Assembly: GCA_951406725.2 (NCBI GenBank)
Contig: OX597816.1
Location: 140,058,001-140,122,000 of the forward strand
Reading direction: 5' to 3'
DNA from: Octopus vulgaris
Lineage: Eukaryota
DNA length: 64,000 nucleotides
Shown one piece after another: positions 24,135 through 37,039 of this stretch (positions within the stretch are counted from its first letter, which is position 1; each line of letters begins with the position of its first letter). The notes below the pieces were generated by a model, which saw nothing but the letters and a program-made list of their open reading frames with translations, made no database searches and was not told where the DNA came from. Position numbers and translations under genes: made by a program.

Positions 24135-25020
24135 GCCATCGCTCATCAACTCTTTTTAACCAAATCCAGTGGCTTGTCTTTTCCACTGTAGTTTGGATAT
24201 CACTCGTGGTGGTGTTTGCTTATTTGCTTTACGATGAGTTAGGCCTAATGATAACAACAGTCACCTCACACTGCGCCCAACGAATCCTCTATATCCAACT
24301 TCGATTGGAAAATGCTCCGCTTTCCAGCTTGCGTCTTCACATTGTTCGAGGTTTACATGACGGTCAATCTATCGAACACTAGCGGCGTCCATGTTATCTT
24401 CATGAAGAACTGTTAACTCGACTAGATTTACTACTTTTTTCTTTCACACCATATTATGATATTCGGTTTCTTCGTAACTAGGATGGGAAAGAATCCTTGG
24501 CTTCTTGGTAAATCTGCAGTCACCTCCCAATAGCCGTTCCACTTTGCATCGTTCACAGGAAGTTTCTTCTTCTTGAAACGAATCTGCTGTCCTGGATGCA
24601 CGAAGGTAATGAAATCTCTGGTTGGCTCTTTCAATGGGTTTTGGCCACTTTTGATGAGAGCAATCTGGCTCTTTATAACATTGAAGATAACCACAAGGAC
24701 CAGATTGTATTTACATGTATATCTATTCAATGCCAGTGAAGAATATGTTTCAGTAATCCGACTTTTTCGCATCTTCATATATCATTTTCTGAGCCATTCC
24801 ATCTTGCTAGATTTGTAGGTGATGGCAAGACATAGTAGCATGAACGAATCAGAAAATTTAGTTGTGATGTAGTCCACCTCCATATCTCATTCCAACTTAT
24901 TTTTCTCTCATCATCATATTCCCACCATTTCGTCATCTGTCCTCGCTGAGCGCATTGGATCAAATGACGATCTCTTCTCTCTGTTTCCCTCGCTTTGATT
25001 CTGTTGCTAACAACAGACAT
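24135..25020 (-). mobile_element. RLE-type non-LTR retrotransposon (HERO/NeSL-like), degraded 3' fragment
   Basis: RKISWNEIWRW...FLIRSCYYVLPSPTNLARW; NRYTCKYNLVL; KKPNIIIW...LVELTV..EDN; FPIEVGYRGFVG; interrupted by stops and frameshifts. Confidence 0.8.
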
Positions 25021-25089
25021 GCGTTAGCTCCGCAATAAATACATACATACATGCATACATGTGTGTGTATATATACATACATACATACA

Positions 25090-25120
<31 letters not shown>

Positions 25121-25129
25121 GTATGTAGG

Positions 25130-25192
<63 letters not shown>

Positions 25193-25274
25193 TAGGTGAA
25201 ATTTGTTGAGTTTATTATATTATCTTTCACCCTATATCTGTAATGATTATATATATATATATACAGATTTATAT

Positions 25275-25323
<49 letters not shown>

Positions 25324-25419
25324 CATTTATACATGTATGTATATATATGTATATACATACATACATACATACATCTGTGTGTGTGTGTGTGCGCGAGGAC
25401 ATTTATGAGGAATCTCATA

Positions 25420-25970
25420 AGTGCTACTGGTTACATGGAATCCAGCATAACCTGTTGCATGGTCGGGTGGTCGGCGACTAAACTGGCACTCCCACTAAGC
25501 TTGTCTTTTGAGGAGTGTTGCAAGAAACCCAGCAAGACTGAAAATAAGATCTGTCAAAAGGATAGATTAACGTAAATTATGTTCATCGACCATCCTGAAA
25601 TAGCACGGGCCCTCAGAAATTCTGGTATCCAGCGTGCTGGAAGACCATGTGGAGTAATGCGCCCCTTAGCTTTTGTTAAAACGTATTTTTAAGAGAAGGT
25701 GACTCTTATATAAAACCAGATATGCAGGTATGTAACATGTGACCCATAATGACACTGGATATATTGCACTGGCCTTCTTAGGATCATGTCAGTAGGATGG
25801 AGAGGGTCTGTGGGATGCTGTGCAAGTCTTATTGTACTTAAAATTTGAAGGGTTCACTCGCCGGTGAGCGAGGCATAGGAAGGCGTCGCGATGAGTATAA
25901 AAACCGCGGACGCGAACCCGGTGAAGCCGGTTGCTAGTGTAAAAACCCCATGCACGAGCATTGCTAGCTT
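25420..25970 (+). mobile_element. Structured repeat, diverged relative of 58636-59186 (possible LINE 5' UTR)
   Basis: AGTGCTACTGGT.ACATG...ACCTGTTGCATGGTCGGG..GTCGGCGACTAAAC.GGCA shared. Confidence 0.7.
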
Positions 25971-25973
25971 TTG

Positions 25974-26107
25974 CCCGTAACTTAGCGGTTCGGCAAATGA
26001 GACCGATAAAATAAGTACTAGGCTTACAAAGAATAAATCCTGAAGGCGGTGCTTCAGCATGGCCACAGTCAAATGACTGAAACAAGTAAAAGAGTAAAAG
26101 AGTAAGA

Positions 26108-26109
<2 letters not shown>
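25974..26109 (+). mobile_element. SINE family A, 3' half
   Basis: CCCGTAACTTAGCGGTTCGGCAAA...CAGTCAAATGACTGAAACAAGTAAAAGAGTAAAAGAG. Confidence 0.9.
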
Positions 26110-26154
<45 letters not shown>

Positions 26155-26266
26155 ATGTATGTATGTGTGTATGTATTTTTGTATGTATGTATGCATACAC
26201 GTGTATATAGACCATATAGAGAGACATAGACGGACAAGCAGACAAACAGACACACACACACACACA

Positions 26267-26371
26267 GACGGACGGACGGACAGACGGATGGATGGATGGA
26301 TGGATGGATGGATGGATGGATGGATGGATGGATGGACGGATGGATGGATGGACGGGTGGATGGATGGACGG

Positions 26372-26407
<36 letters not shown>

Positions 26408-26425
26408 ATGGATGGATGGATGGAT
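26267..26425. repeat. (GGAT)n/(GGAC)n microsatellite
   Basis: Direct reading. Confidence 0.97.
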
Positions 26426-27020
26426 AGACAGAATCAATTTGTCTATTTTTATATGCACCCAATTACTCACGAAATTAGTCAAACAGCCACCTCCTTACTC
26501 TCCACCCAAATGGAAAAAAAATCAACAATGTTATTTCACCCACACCCGTCTTTATCCACACTGCAGCTTATGATTGTTTTCATTGCATTGTACCCAATGA
26601 TCCCAGATTGAAATCTCTCTAATACGTTAATCCATCCGTTTATCATACTAAGCTGAGAGATTATCTTCTCGGATTTTAGTGTCTGCCTGTACACCCAATC
26701 CTTCCTCGTTTTTTTGTTTTTTTTTTTCTGTTGGCACGAAACTTCGACGGTGCAATTAAGACTATCAACGTTTGTTTATACAACATAGATAATCACACGT
26801 CTATGTTGTATAAGCGCCATTGTGTTTCCGTAGCATCTTCACCCTCACCTTTCATTCTGGTTTAACTCTGTCAAATTCCATTCATTCTCTTTATCTCGTA
26901 CTCTCTCTATCTCTCTCTTCACCCTTCTCCTTGTCCACCTGTATACTTGCCTGTGGCTGTTTATCTCTTTATTTATTTGTTTACTTTCCCCCCTATCTTC
27001 CTTTGTTGTTATTTCCTTCC

Positions 27021-27022
<2 letters not shown>

Positions 27023-27082
<60 letters not shown>

Positions 27083-27273
27083 GTCTGTCTATCTGTCTAT
27101 TTATCTATCTGTTTGTCTGTCTGTCTATTTATCTATCTGTCTGTCTGTCTGTCTGTCTGCCTGCTTGCCTGTCTGTCTGTTTATCTATCTATCTATTTAT
27201 CTGTCTGTATGTCAGTCTGTCTGCTTATCTGTTTGTCTGTTTGTTTACCTGTCTGTCTATCAATCTGTCTGTT

Positions 27274-27345
<72 letters not shown>
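27023..27345. repeat. (TCTA)n/(TCTG)n compound microsatellite
   Basis: Direct reading. Confidence 0.97.
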
Positions 27346-27976
27346 ACAACAAAAAACTTAAGAAAAAATTAATCTTAATCAAGACCTCATTGAGACCTAA
27401 TTTCTTAACTGTTCCTCTTTGATGGGTCATTTTCCATCGATTCGCTGTGTAGGATTTTCCTTTGTTGGGAAATATGTCGTGCGTATACAATAAAGAATCT
27501 AATATAAATTTTAAAACAACAAAAAAATGCATTTGCATGCAATTTGCATTTATATAACTAGTTTGTGCAGAATCTCCAATGATCTCTTGAGGAGCCCTAA
27601 GGTTACAGAGAACATTGGTTGAGAAAACATTGCATTAAATAACGGTATCATAAAAATATGAAACAAAAAAGACAGGGATCATCTTTGATCACTGCTCTAC
27701 TCTATCAGGTGTGATGAGAGGTTGATAACAACCACGATAACAGCCTTTCTACGAAAGCTCAAAATTAAACTAATGTTGTATCTGTGGTGTGTATGTTTAT
27801 GTTGCATATGTTAAGGTTGGATGAAATGCCTGATATTGTTGGTTGATGTTTGAGATGATAGTGATAGAACAATAAAGTTGAAGTGTATATGATGTGGTAG
27901 TCACATACTCCCAGGACAGTCATACGCCATTTTAAGAAAGCGAACTCACATGGTATTTCATTAGAAAACATCACCA

Positions 27977-28350
27977 GGTGTAGGCTATGTGGCGAGAAGC
28001 TTGCTTCCCAACCGTATGGTTCTGGGTTCAGTTCCACTGCGTTCCTCCTTGGGCAAGTGTCTTCTACTATTGTCTCAGGCCAACCAAAGCCTTTTGAGTG
28101 GGTTTGGTAGACGGAAACTGAAAGAAACGTGTCGTATATGTGTGTGCGTGCGTGCTTGTACTTCGTTGTGAATGTGTTTGTACTTCACCACTGCTTGACA
28201 ACTAGTTTTGTCCTCGTAACTTAGCATTTCAGCAAAAGAACTGATAGAATAAGTATTAGGCTTTACAAAAAAAAATAATAATTACTGAGGGACAAGGTCG
28301 ATAAATTGGGCTAAAACTTTTGAAGTCGGTGCCCAAATAAAAGATAAAAT
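27977..28350 (+). mobile_element. SINE family A, degraded
   Basis: AGCTTGCTTCCCAACC...GGGTTCAGTTCCACTGCG...CCTTGGGCAAGTGTCTTCTACTAT. Confidence 0.85.
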
Positions 28351-29247
28351 ATTTAAGTTAATTACAAATCTAATATTTCGCTAAGCATTATACCTGATTT
28401 GTATATGAATGGATTAATTCTGTCCGTCTCTACTGTTGTTGCTCAAAGCTGGAAACTGTTACCGTGCTGAGCACTAGGCCATATTGGTTTTGGAGACTTC
28501 CGCATCCTGATAGAGGATAAAGACGTCTCCGTTACGTTGACGCTGTTGTTAGAGAAACATGAAACTGAGGACGTACCTAAGAAATTCCTGGTGTTGCATG
28601 GCGAAACACATCTTGGTTGCGGCCGCTTGAAGAAGAAAGCAGTACGTATTTAAACTTATTGAAAATATATATTTATGGGGATTAGAGTATATATTTGTAG
28701 GGATTAGAATATGAATAGGATATTGTGTTATCAGAGAGCAGAAGCATCATTGTTGATACACCAAGTTCCAACATATTTCCCTAGATTAAACCCTCGCTTG
28801 TTTTAGTAATTTCCTTAATAATATAACTATGGAGGACACTAATCCACGTTAATATCTCAAAAGAGGAACGCGTTGGCATAGTATAACAAAATACGGATAA
28901 TAAAGAACTGGGTAAAATAAGCTTCTGCTTGATTTAAAGAATATTTTGCGTTTAATTTTAATTTTTGAAATAAGTGAAGGGACTTGTGAAAAGTTTTGCT
29001 GCGTCTAGGGAGAGTTTTTATGCCGATATTATTGACACACGCATTGGTTTACTTCCTCTCATTTATTATTAGTCAGTTGGTTAAATATTCAAATCGAGTG
29101 TTTGTTTAACTTGGTTAATTTGTAAGTCGTTTGTTTTTGTTTATTTGTTTGTTTGTTTGTTCTGTCAAAGCTTTTTCGTTGCTGTTTTCAACCTTTTCAA
29201 TAACTTTTCTCTTCGTCCACGACGCATTCGTCTGTCTGATATTTTGT

Positions 29248-29307
<60 letters not shown>

Positions 29308-30308
29308 CTGCGTAAAGTGCTGTTCAATAATATGTAGGGACTGATGTACAAAAAGTGGAGCACAATTCCAGTAAGCTCACAGGATAAAACATTGCAAAAT
29401 AAAAAAAAAAGTGGCGGCTTTCGCTTAAAAGTCATCAGCGACTGTTTTTCCGTCGATGGAGCAGAATTATGTCAGGTCACTGAAGTGCGATAAAAATGTT
29501 GAAACCTCAAGGAATAAACGAAAAGATTTTGTGCATTCTCAAATAATTAAAATGCTTTTTTCGTTGTGTAACAACTGGTTGAATGAATGAATAAATAAAT
29601 AAATGAATAAACTAATTAATTAATTAAGTTGGGAATCTGAAAGTTTATGTACCAGAAAATGTCAAGAAAATGTTCTGAGGCATTAACGAAGCTTAATTAC
29701 TTCTAGAAGCATTCACCGGTGTCATTGATTGAAAATGCCACCCCGAAAGAATTATAACTACTCATATTAACTTTTGAGTATTGTTATCAACAGACAGTAT
29801 AGACGAAAGGGACACCTGGCCCCTTGCAATTAGGTGAACTATGCAGCAGGTGGTAGTGATAAGCCGGACGAGGGATTAACGCATTTATAGACCTAATGTG
29901 TGTAGACTATGAAAACAACATTAAAACAGTTGGTAAAGTAAACAGATTAGGATTTTGAGTTAAATCCAGGGGTAGCGAAAATCGTATATTAGGCGAAACT
30001 TTAGAGTAATAAGCACACGCACTGGTTCAGTTTCACTTCTCAGTCAATTGATTAATTATTAAACCATCATACTAATCGATTATTTGCTTAAACAGTCGCG
30101 GTTGCGTTCGTATGAGTTGGAACGTATTAAGAGTAAATATGCATGCCAACGTTTTGATTTTCATTTTACAACGTGTAAATAACGATTTATGTTCAACAAT
30201 AATTAATCGTAAACTGAAAAAAAATGAAAAAGAAAATGAAAAAAGAATATTTTGAAATAAAAATCTTGGAACTTGTCCCAATGTGAATAAGATAAATATA
30301 AAAGATAC

Positions 30309-30521
30309 ATTGGTCTGAAATTCGGGCACAAGGCCAGAAAGTTCAGGGCAGCGGTTGAGTCTGTTACATTGACCCAGTGCTCAACTGGTACTCATTTTAC
30401 GACACCAAAAGTATGAAAGACAAAGTCGATCTCGGCGGAAATTGACCTCAGAACGTAAAGATGGACGAAATGCTGCTAAGCAGTTTGCTCTCACTGCTAA
30501 CAACTCTGCCAGCTCGCCACC
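30309..30521 (-). mobile_element. SINE family B
   Basis: Reverse complement of the family B consensus seen at 42817. Confidence 0.85.
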
Positions 30522-30903
30522 TTAGCAGAAAAAAAAATTACAAGGTGGGCACTTGAAGATTCAGCGATCTATAAACATTCTTGTTTCTACTTTGATGTTT
30601 AAATTTCTAACTCTTCGTAATAATGTTTCTATACATTAAAGATAATGATTGTCTTCAGTTTCGTTACAGAATTCCTTTAAAAGTTCTTCAAATGTGTAAC
30701 ACGAGTGCTTGTTTTATAGTGTTAAATATTTCGATTATCTCATCTACGTCATACAACAAAGTTGTTCAAAGCTTCAACCTCGAACACATATCTCAACAAA
30801 CAAAATACTAAAGATAACTTTTGGTAGTATCAAATGTTCTGTACTAGTTCACGTAGAAAGCAAATTATTGAATACATAAATCTATGCATCATTTTGTTAC
30901 ACT

Positions 30904-31624
30904 ATTCTTTTATTCTTTTATTTGTTTCAGTCATTTGACTGCAGCCATGCTGGAGCACCGCCTCGAAAGATTTTAGTCGAACAATACGACCCCAGGACTT
31001 ATTATTTTTAATCCTAATACTTATTCTATTGCTCTCTTTTGCCGAGCCTCTAAGTTACGGGGACGTAAACACACCAACACCGGTTGTCAAGCGGCGATGG
31101 AGGGACAAACCCAGACACAGAAACACACACACATAAATACATACATTATTATTATATATATAAGACGGGCTTCTTTCAGTTTCCGTCTACCGAATCCACT
31201 CAGGTTTCATACTGCCAAATGTTATCTGTATTATTCTGCTGGTCGACCGAGGCTATAATAGAAAACACTTGCCCAACGTACCGGAACAATATAGTTAGGA
31301 AGCAAGCTTCTTACTACACATGCACCTATAAACTCTATGTGCCTATACACTCTATATTTTACTTGTTTCTATCATTGGCCTGCAGTCATGTTGGAGCACC
31401 ACCTTGAAGTGTTTAAGTCGAACAGATAGACACATAGTGATATTCTTTTTTAAACCTAAAACTTATTGTATTAGCTCTCTTTTGCCAAACCGTTAAGTTA
31501 CGGAACTGTAAACAAACCAAGGTAGTTGTAAAACGGCATGAGAGACAAACACAAATACAGACACACACATACACACAAACATACATATTTACACACATAT
31601 ATACATACATACATGCATATATGC

Positions 31625-31657
<33 letters not shown>

Positions 31658-31867
31658 TGTATGTATGTATGTATGTATGTATGTACATGCATACATACAC
31701 GCACGTACGCATGCGCACACGCAAACACACACACACAAACACACACATAGGGGCTTCTTTCAGTTTCCGTCCACGAAATCCACAAGCAGCGCAGTGGAAC
31801 TGAAACCAAGACCACACCACGTGAATTGGAAACAAGGTTTACAACCACACAGCCACGCTTGCACCTA
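30904..31867 (-). mobile_element. Two adjacent SINE family A copies (30904-31328, 31355-31867)
   Basis: TTTCAGTCATTTGACTGCAGCCATGCTGGAGCACC and GGGCTTCTTTCAGTTTCCGTC blocks recur. Confidence 0.85.
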
Positions 31868-32248
31868 TATTGTAAAACGATCGCAGGAACATTCATCTTT
31901 ATTTACAAGCTGAGATACACCATTGCCATGCGTAACCATTTAAAGGGGGAAGCGATTAACTCTGATGTATAACACATTGAAATTTATTAATATGTGCCGA
32001 ATGAAACATGATAGATATGAAATAATTCGGCGAAATATCCATTTTAAGAGCCTGTGTAAATTCATCCAGAGCAAGCCAAGGAAAAATTAGCGGGGCAGGA
32101 CACTTCTGTACAGGGACAAAACTCTTAGCAGAGTTGTCTCCCTTACAACTGAGTTGTCCCTCTTATAATCTGATTTCAAGAGAATCAGTATTGTTGAGAT
32201 GTATTTTTGCGCACGCAATGAAATGTGAATGTTAGTATCTTGAATGTA

Positions 32249-32299
<51 letters not shown>

Positions 32300-32987
32300 A
32301 AACACTAGGCTTTAAAAATGTCTTGGTGGCGGAGGGGGCGGTGATTTGTTCGGATAAAACCCTTCAAGGTGGTGCCCCAGTTTGGTCACAGTCAAATAAC
32401 TGAAATATGTAAAACATAAAAAATAAAAGATACTTGTCTGCCCTGTTCAAATACATGCCATTGGCTACGCTGAGTGTATTTTTCTTTTTTTTTCTAAACT
32501 CATTTTTGTTTAAATTAAGCAAAACTACTAACAAAGCTGCTAACCGAAAGGCGGATTCAGCAGAGATATTAGAAACCCTCGTCTCAAAAGTCTCTACTGC
32601 CGTTTGATAACCAGAAAAAACTTGTAAACTGTCAGATACCCCAATGTCTGTATCTTTTGCTCTTGAACTAGTCTTGCTCTTTGTATTGCTGCCATGGACC
32701 ACTAACCAACTGTTACAGCTCCGCGACCATTAGATTTTCGAGTGATAGTAAAAGTAACCAAATTTCTTTAAAATCAAATTCTACCGTCTTTCTTTTCTTA
32801 AAAAAAATGGAAATTTTGGCTTAGACGTTTGAATGATTGACACTAAAATGCATTTAATCATAGGTTAGCTCCAGCAACAATAACAGCAACAGGTTTTACG
32901 TAGACAAATTTTTCTCAATTCACACTTATCATTAGATAATTATATTCTTTTTGGCGTATTCCAATAAGAATCTGTAAGAAATACAGT

Positions 32988-33245
32988 GTGGAGGCGCGTG
33001 GCTTAGTGGTTAAGGTGTCAGCATCATGATCGTAAGATTGTGGTTTCGATTCCTGGACCGGGCAATGCGTTGTGTTCTTGAGCAAAACACTTCATTTCAC
33101 GTTGCTCCAGTCCACTCAGCTGGCAAAAATGAGTAACGCTGCGATAGACTGGCGTCCTGTCCAGTTGGGAAACACATACGCCATTGAAACCGGGAAACCG
33201 GGCCCATGACCCTGGCTAGGCTTTAAAAGGGCGCGTTTATTATTA
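32988..33245 (+). mobile_element. tRNA-derived SINE with V-domain-like core, full length with 13-bp TSD
   Basis: Head GGAGGCGCGTGGCTTAGTGGTT...GGTTTCGATTCC; core CTGCGATAGACTGGCGTCCTGTCCAG...GAAACCGGG; TSD TAAGAAATACAGT at 32975-32987 and 33246-33258. Confidence 0.9.
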
Positions 33246-33786
33246 TAAGAAATACAGTACTCTATTCATAATGCCAATCTCTTTCAATGTCTATATTCCG
33301 CTATACATTCAAATTGGCCGAATGTCTCATACATGTCCGCGAAAGTTATGGACGACTAGTTTCGTCTGTGTATATGACATTAGCATCAATAATAAAATGT
33401 CTTTTTTTTTTCTTCTGTACATTAACGATCGGTAGAAGTGACAAGTTCTGAAAGCACATTTCTTTGCAGATAACGGCACGCTCCATTTCTATTTATCCTT
33501 TCAACCACACGCATAATATACGAGAAACGTTATTGTACTTCACTCACAACTCATGACTAACACATAATTAAAATGTGTTAAGCTTCTGAATTTCTGATGG
33601 TCTCTCACGATAACATAACGTATATCAGGGATGGCAGAAAAAAAAGGCATTGGACTGTCTGGCGAATATTCATTCACCAACACACTACAGGTCATAAAAT
33701 CCAAAAGACATCAACCTAGAGTCTGAGAAGAAAGAACTGGGGTATTTCAGGACTAAAAATGGGCACAGTATAGGTAACAAAAGTTA

Positions 33787-34288
33787 CGGCGGTAAGCTGA
33801 CAGAATCGTTAGCACACCGGGAAAAATGTTTAGAGGCATTTCGTCTGTCTTTATGTTCTGAGTTCAAATTCTGGCGAGGTTGATTTTGCCGTTCATCCTA
33901 TCGGGCTTTGTAAAAAATAAATAACAGTTGAACACTGGGGTCGATGCAGTTGACTTGACACTTGCTCCCAAATTGCTGGCCTGGTGCCAAAACCTTGAAA
34001 CTAATAGGGGTAACGAAAGAATGAGAAACAAATGAGGAGTGTTTGAGTAGAAATGACAGAAGCTTGGCTAGAAATTCGACATTGATTTTAAATACCCCAG
34101 CAATGTTTGGTGAGGTAGAATTCGCTTACAACGACTCCGGCGCTCAACTGGTGCTTATTTTATCGACCCCGAAAGGATGAAGGAACAAAGTCAACCTCAG
34201 TGGGGTTTGAACTCAGAATGTAAAGACGGATGAAATGCTGCTAAGTATTTTGCCCAGCGTGGTAACGATTCTGTCAGCTCACCGCCTT
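33787..34288. mobile_element. Two SINE family B copies in inverted orientation (33787-34001 +, 34118-34288 -)
   Basis: GGCGGTAAGCTGACAGAATCGTTA ... TAACGATTCTGTCAGCTCACCGCC. Confidence 0.88.
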
Positions 34289-34384
34289 CAATCAAATCTC
34301 ATAATGAAACTGCTATTAAAAATTGTAGAAAAATTTAGATCTGTAATATATTGATGAACTATATCATGTAAGTATATAATTATA

Positions 34385-34620
34385 TACAAATTACAGAGAC
34401 TTGCAAACAGCTTACTTGTGCAAGTGCTGCCAACTGAAAGCACCGCATAACGGGCGCCAGTAGGCTCCAGGAGTCATTAGGAGAGAATATGCACCGTTTC
34501 GGGGCCTTCTGTGTACTCTACTCTGATGACCCCCTCAAGCCTATTAGTCATTTGTTATGCGGAGCTTTCGACTGTAAGCATTTGCACAAGTAAATTGTTT
34601 GCAAGTCTCTATAATTCGTG
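34385..34620. repeat. Foldback (long imperfect inverted repeat) element
   Basis: AATTACAGAGACTTGCAAACAG...GAAAGCACCGCATAAC versus GTTATGCGGAGCTTTC...TGTTTGCAAGTCTCTATAATT. Confidence 0.85.
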
Positions 34621-34681
34621 TTTAATAGATTATTTTCTTTTTACTTCTGTTGTTCATTTTATAATTTAGCACATTTAAATA

Positions 34682-35190
34682 CCGTAAATCCTCGAGTATA
34701 GTCCGCCCTTGAGTATAATACGCAGGGAACTTTTAGGGGGCTGTACCTCTGAAAAACCTAAACCTTGTGTATAATACACACCCCATCTCTAACTTGAGTC
34801 AAGGTCTATATAACGTCCTTGGTTTGTAAAAATGTATACGCTAACGTCCTTTATTATTATTGTATATATAACATAATGCAAATGTGTAGCTTTTTTGTGC
34901 ATTTTGTTTGCAGAAAATAAAGAAATAACAGTAATAACGTTTAATAAATGCTGCATACTGCAAGTTATGGATGATTCTTTTATGACTTCATTGCTTTCAG
35001 GCTTAGCTTAAGGTATTTTCGCGCCCTACATCACAAAATGCGTCTGAATAAACATTGCCGGACAGCAAATAGAGACTCGGACATTGCTTAGAAAATATTT
35101 TTCATCTTTAACCTCGTATATAGTACGCACTAGGAATTTTGACCTTTAAATTTTTGGAGAAAAATGCGGATTATACTCGAGGATTTACGG
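34682..35190. mobile_element. Tc1/mariner-pogo-type MITE
   Basis: TA|CCGTAAATCCTCGAGTATAGTCCGC ... GCGGATTATACTCGAGGATTTACGG|TA. Confidence 0.92.
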
Positions 35191-35605
35191 TATTTAAAGA
35201 AAATGGGGTATCCAGATGTAAAGGGAGACTATAACATTATAGAGTTATTCCCCTTAGCTTCGCTTAGCTATTTATTTTCAATTCGTTTCATTGGAAAGTC
35301 AATTATTTTTTCCTATTTGTGTATGATATCAACTCAGATTACGTAAGATGCGTTCTACCATTTTAGTTTAAAAAGTTGTTTTCGCTTTTGTTTTTCTTCC
35401 CATCATTACATGATAGTAAAGCAGTATTCTGATTTCATGATACTGAAGTTAGCGATTCCTCATTGTAAATATGCATAATGAAAAGAATATGCGCACATAA
35501 CGATACATGTTAAATCTCCTTCTCTTCCCCCTCTATGTATTTAAATACATACATTCATTCATTGTTACACACACATATATATATGAAGTGTGTGTGTGTG
35601 TGTGT

Positions 35606-35971
35606 TCTTTTTCCTTTATTCTTTTACTTTGTTTCAGTCATTTGACTGCGGCCATGCTGGAGCACCGCCTTCAAAGGGTTTTAGTCGAAGAAATCAAACC
35701 CAGGACTTATTCTTTGTAAGCCTGGTACTTCCATCGGTCTCTTTGTCGAACTGCTAAGTTACGGGGACGTAAACACACCAACACCACTTGTCAAGCAATA
35801 GTGGGGAGGGGAAAAATTCACACATACACACACACACACACACACATAGATATGGCTTTGGTCGGTCCGAGACTATAGTAGAAGACACTTGCCCAAGGTG
35901 CCGTGCAGTGGGACTGAACCCAGGACCATGAAATCGAGAAGCAAGTTTCTTACCACACAGCCATACCTGCG
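35606..35971 (-). mobile_element. SINE family A
   Basis: Reverse complement of the family A head and tail. Confidence 0.9.
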
Positions 35972-36050
35972 TCTATCTGTTAATTTAAAACATATCTAGA
36001 CTTATACATTCGCACACATACAAATACATGTGTGTGTGTGTGTGTGTGTT

Positions 36051-36144
<94 letters not shown>

Positions 36145-36376
36145 CGCGCGCACGGTCGTGTATGTATTTATTTTTACCACAGTGACTTCGAAGTATTGAT
36201 TTAGTACTTCCATGAGATTGGAAGTCACTTGGAAGTCACTGTGAACCTTTTCTTTGTGAAACTAAAATAAATGTGATGCACTATTTAAATGTATTAAGTG
36301 ATCTTTCATAGAAACAAACCAATATATTTACAGATGTGTATGTACAAATTTGTATGTATGTATGCATTTATGTATG

Positions 36377-36808
36377 TCATTATTCAGTTTTATTTCAAGA
36401 TTTCTTACCAATAGGGAAATAGCTGGTTTCTAACCTAGATCCAAGGCGCCTTCATTGGAATTTCAACAACATCAATTGGGTTAGCTTTGTACGTATGTAT
36501 ACATTTGTGCAGATTTGTATTTTCATGCATTGTATTCTCATAGATACATAGATGCATACATACATACATACATACATACATACATACATACATACATAAG
36601 TGTGCGTGTATTTTTACATACATATGTAATTTTTATCTTGTATTCTCATGCATATAGTTGCATGTCTAGACATGTTCATATGTACTTAAGCGATAAACCC
36701 CTGGAAAGTTTTAGAGATTTATATAGTCCGAGTGATGGCTTGGATCTGTAGACTTCGAATCAGCTTTCTCTTTTCTGGTTTTGAGAAGCCTAATTTCTCA
36801 AGATCGTT
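36377..36808 (-). mobile_element. RLE (R4/Dong-like) LINE 3' end in (TACA)n
   Basis: DLEKLGFSKPEKRKLIRSLQIQAITRTI; 3' UTR shared with 59258 and 59671; 3' end CTGAATAATGA|CATACAT. Confidence 0.75.
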
Positions 36809-36877
36809 ATGTATGTGTATGTATGTATGTATGTATGTATGTATGTATGTATGTATGTATGTATGTGTGAGTATGTA

Positions 36878-36961
<84 letters not shown>

Positions 36962-37039
36962 GTTGCATGCGTGCGCATGCGCACCCATGGTTACGTATGT
37001 GTGTGTGTGATGGAGGAAGAAAGTTGAAATAGGAGTGTT

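Noticed and set aside
25915-25938. CCGGTGAAGCCGG-TTG-CTAGT resembling a Helitron 3' end
   Set aside because: No matching 5' TC end found; lies within the structured repeat starting at 25420.
32364-32702. 112-aa minus-strand ORF
   Set aside because: Runs into a SINE tail and a poly-A stretch; no recognisable domain or convincing splice sites.
32990-33062. tRNA-like sequence (also 12605-12678)
   Set aside because: SINE head: continues into SINE core and tail with a TSD, and has no proper acceptor stem.
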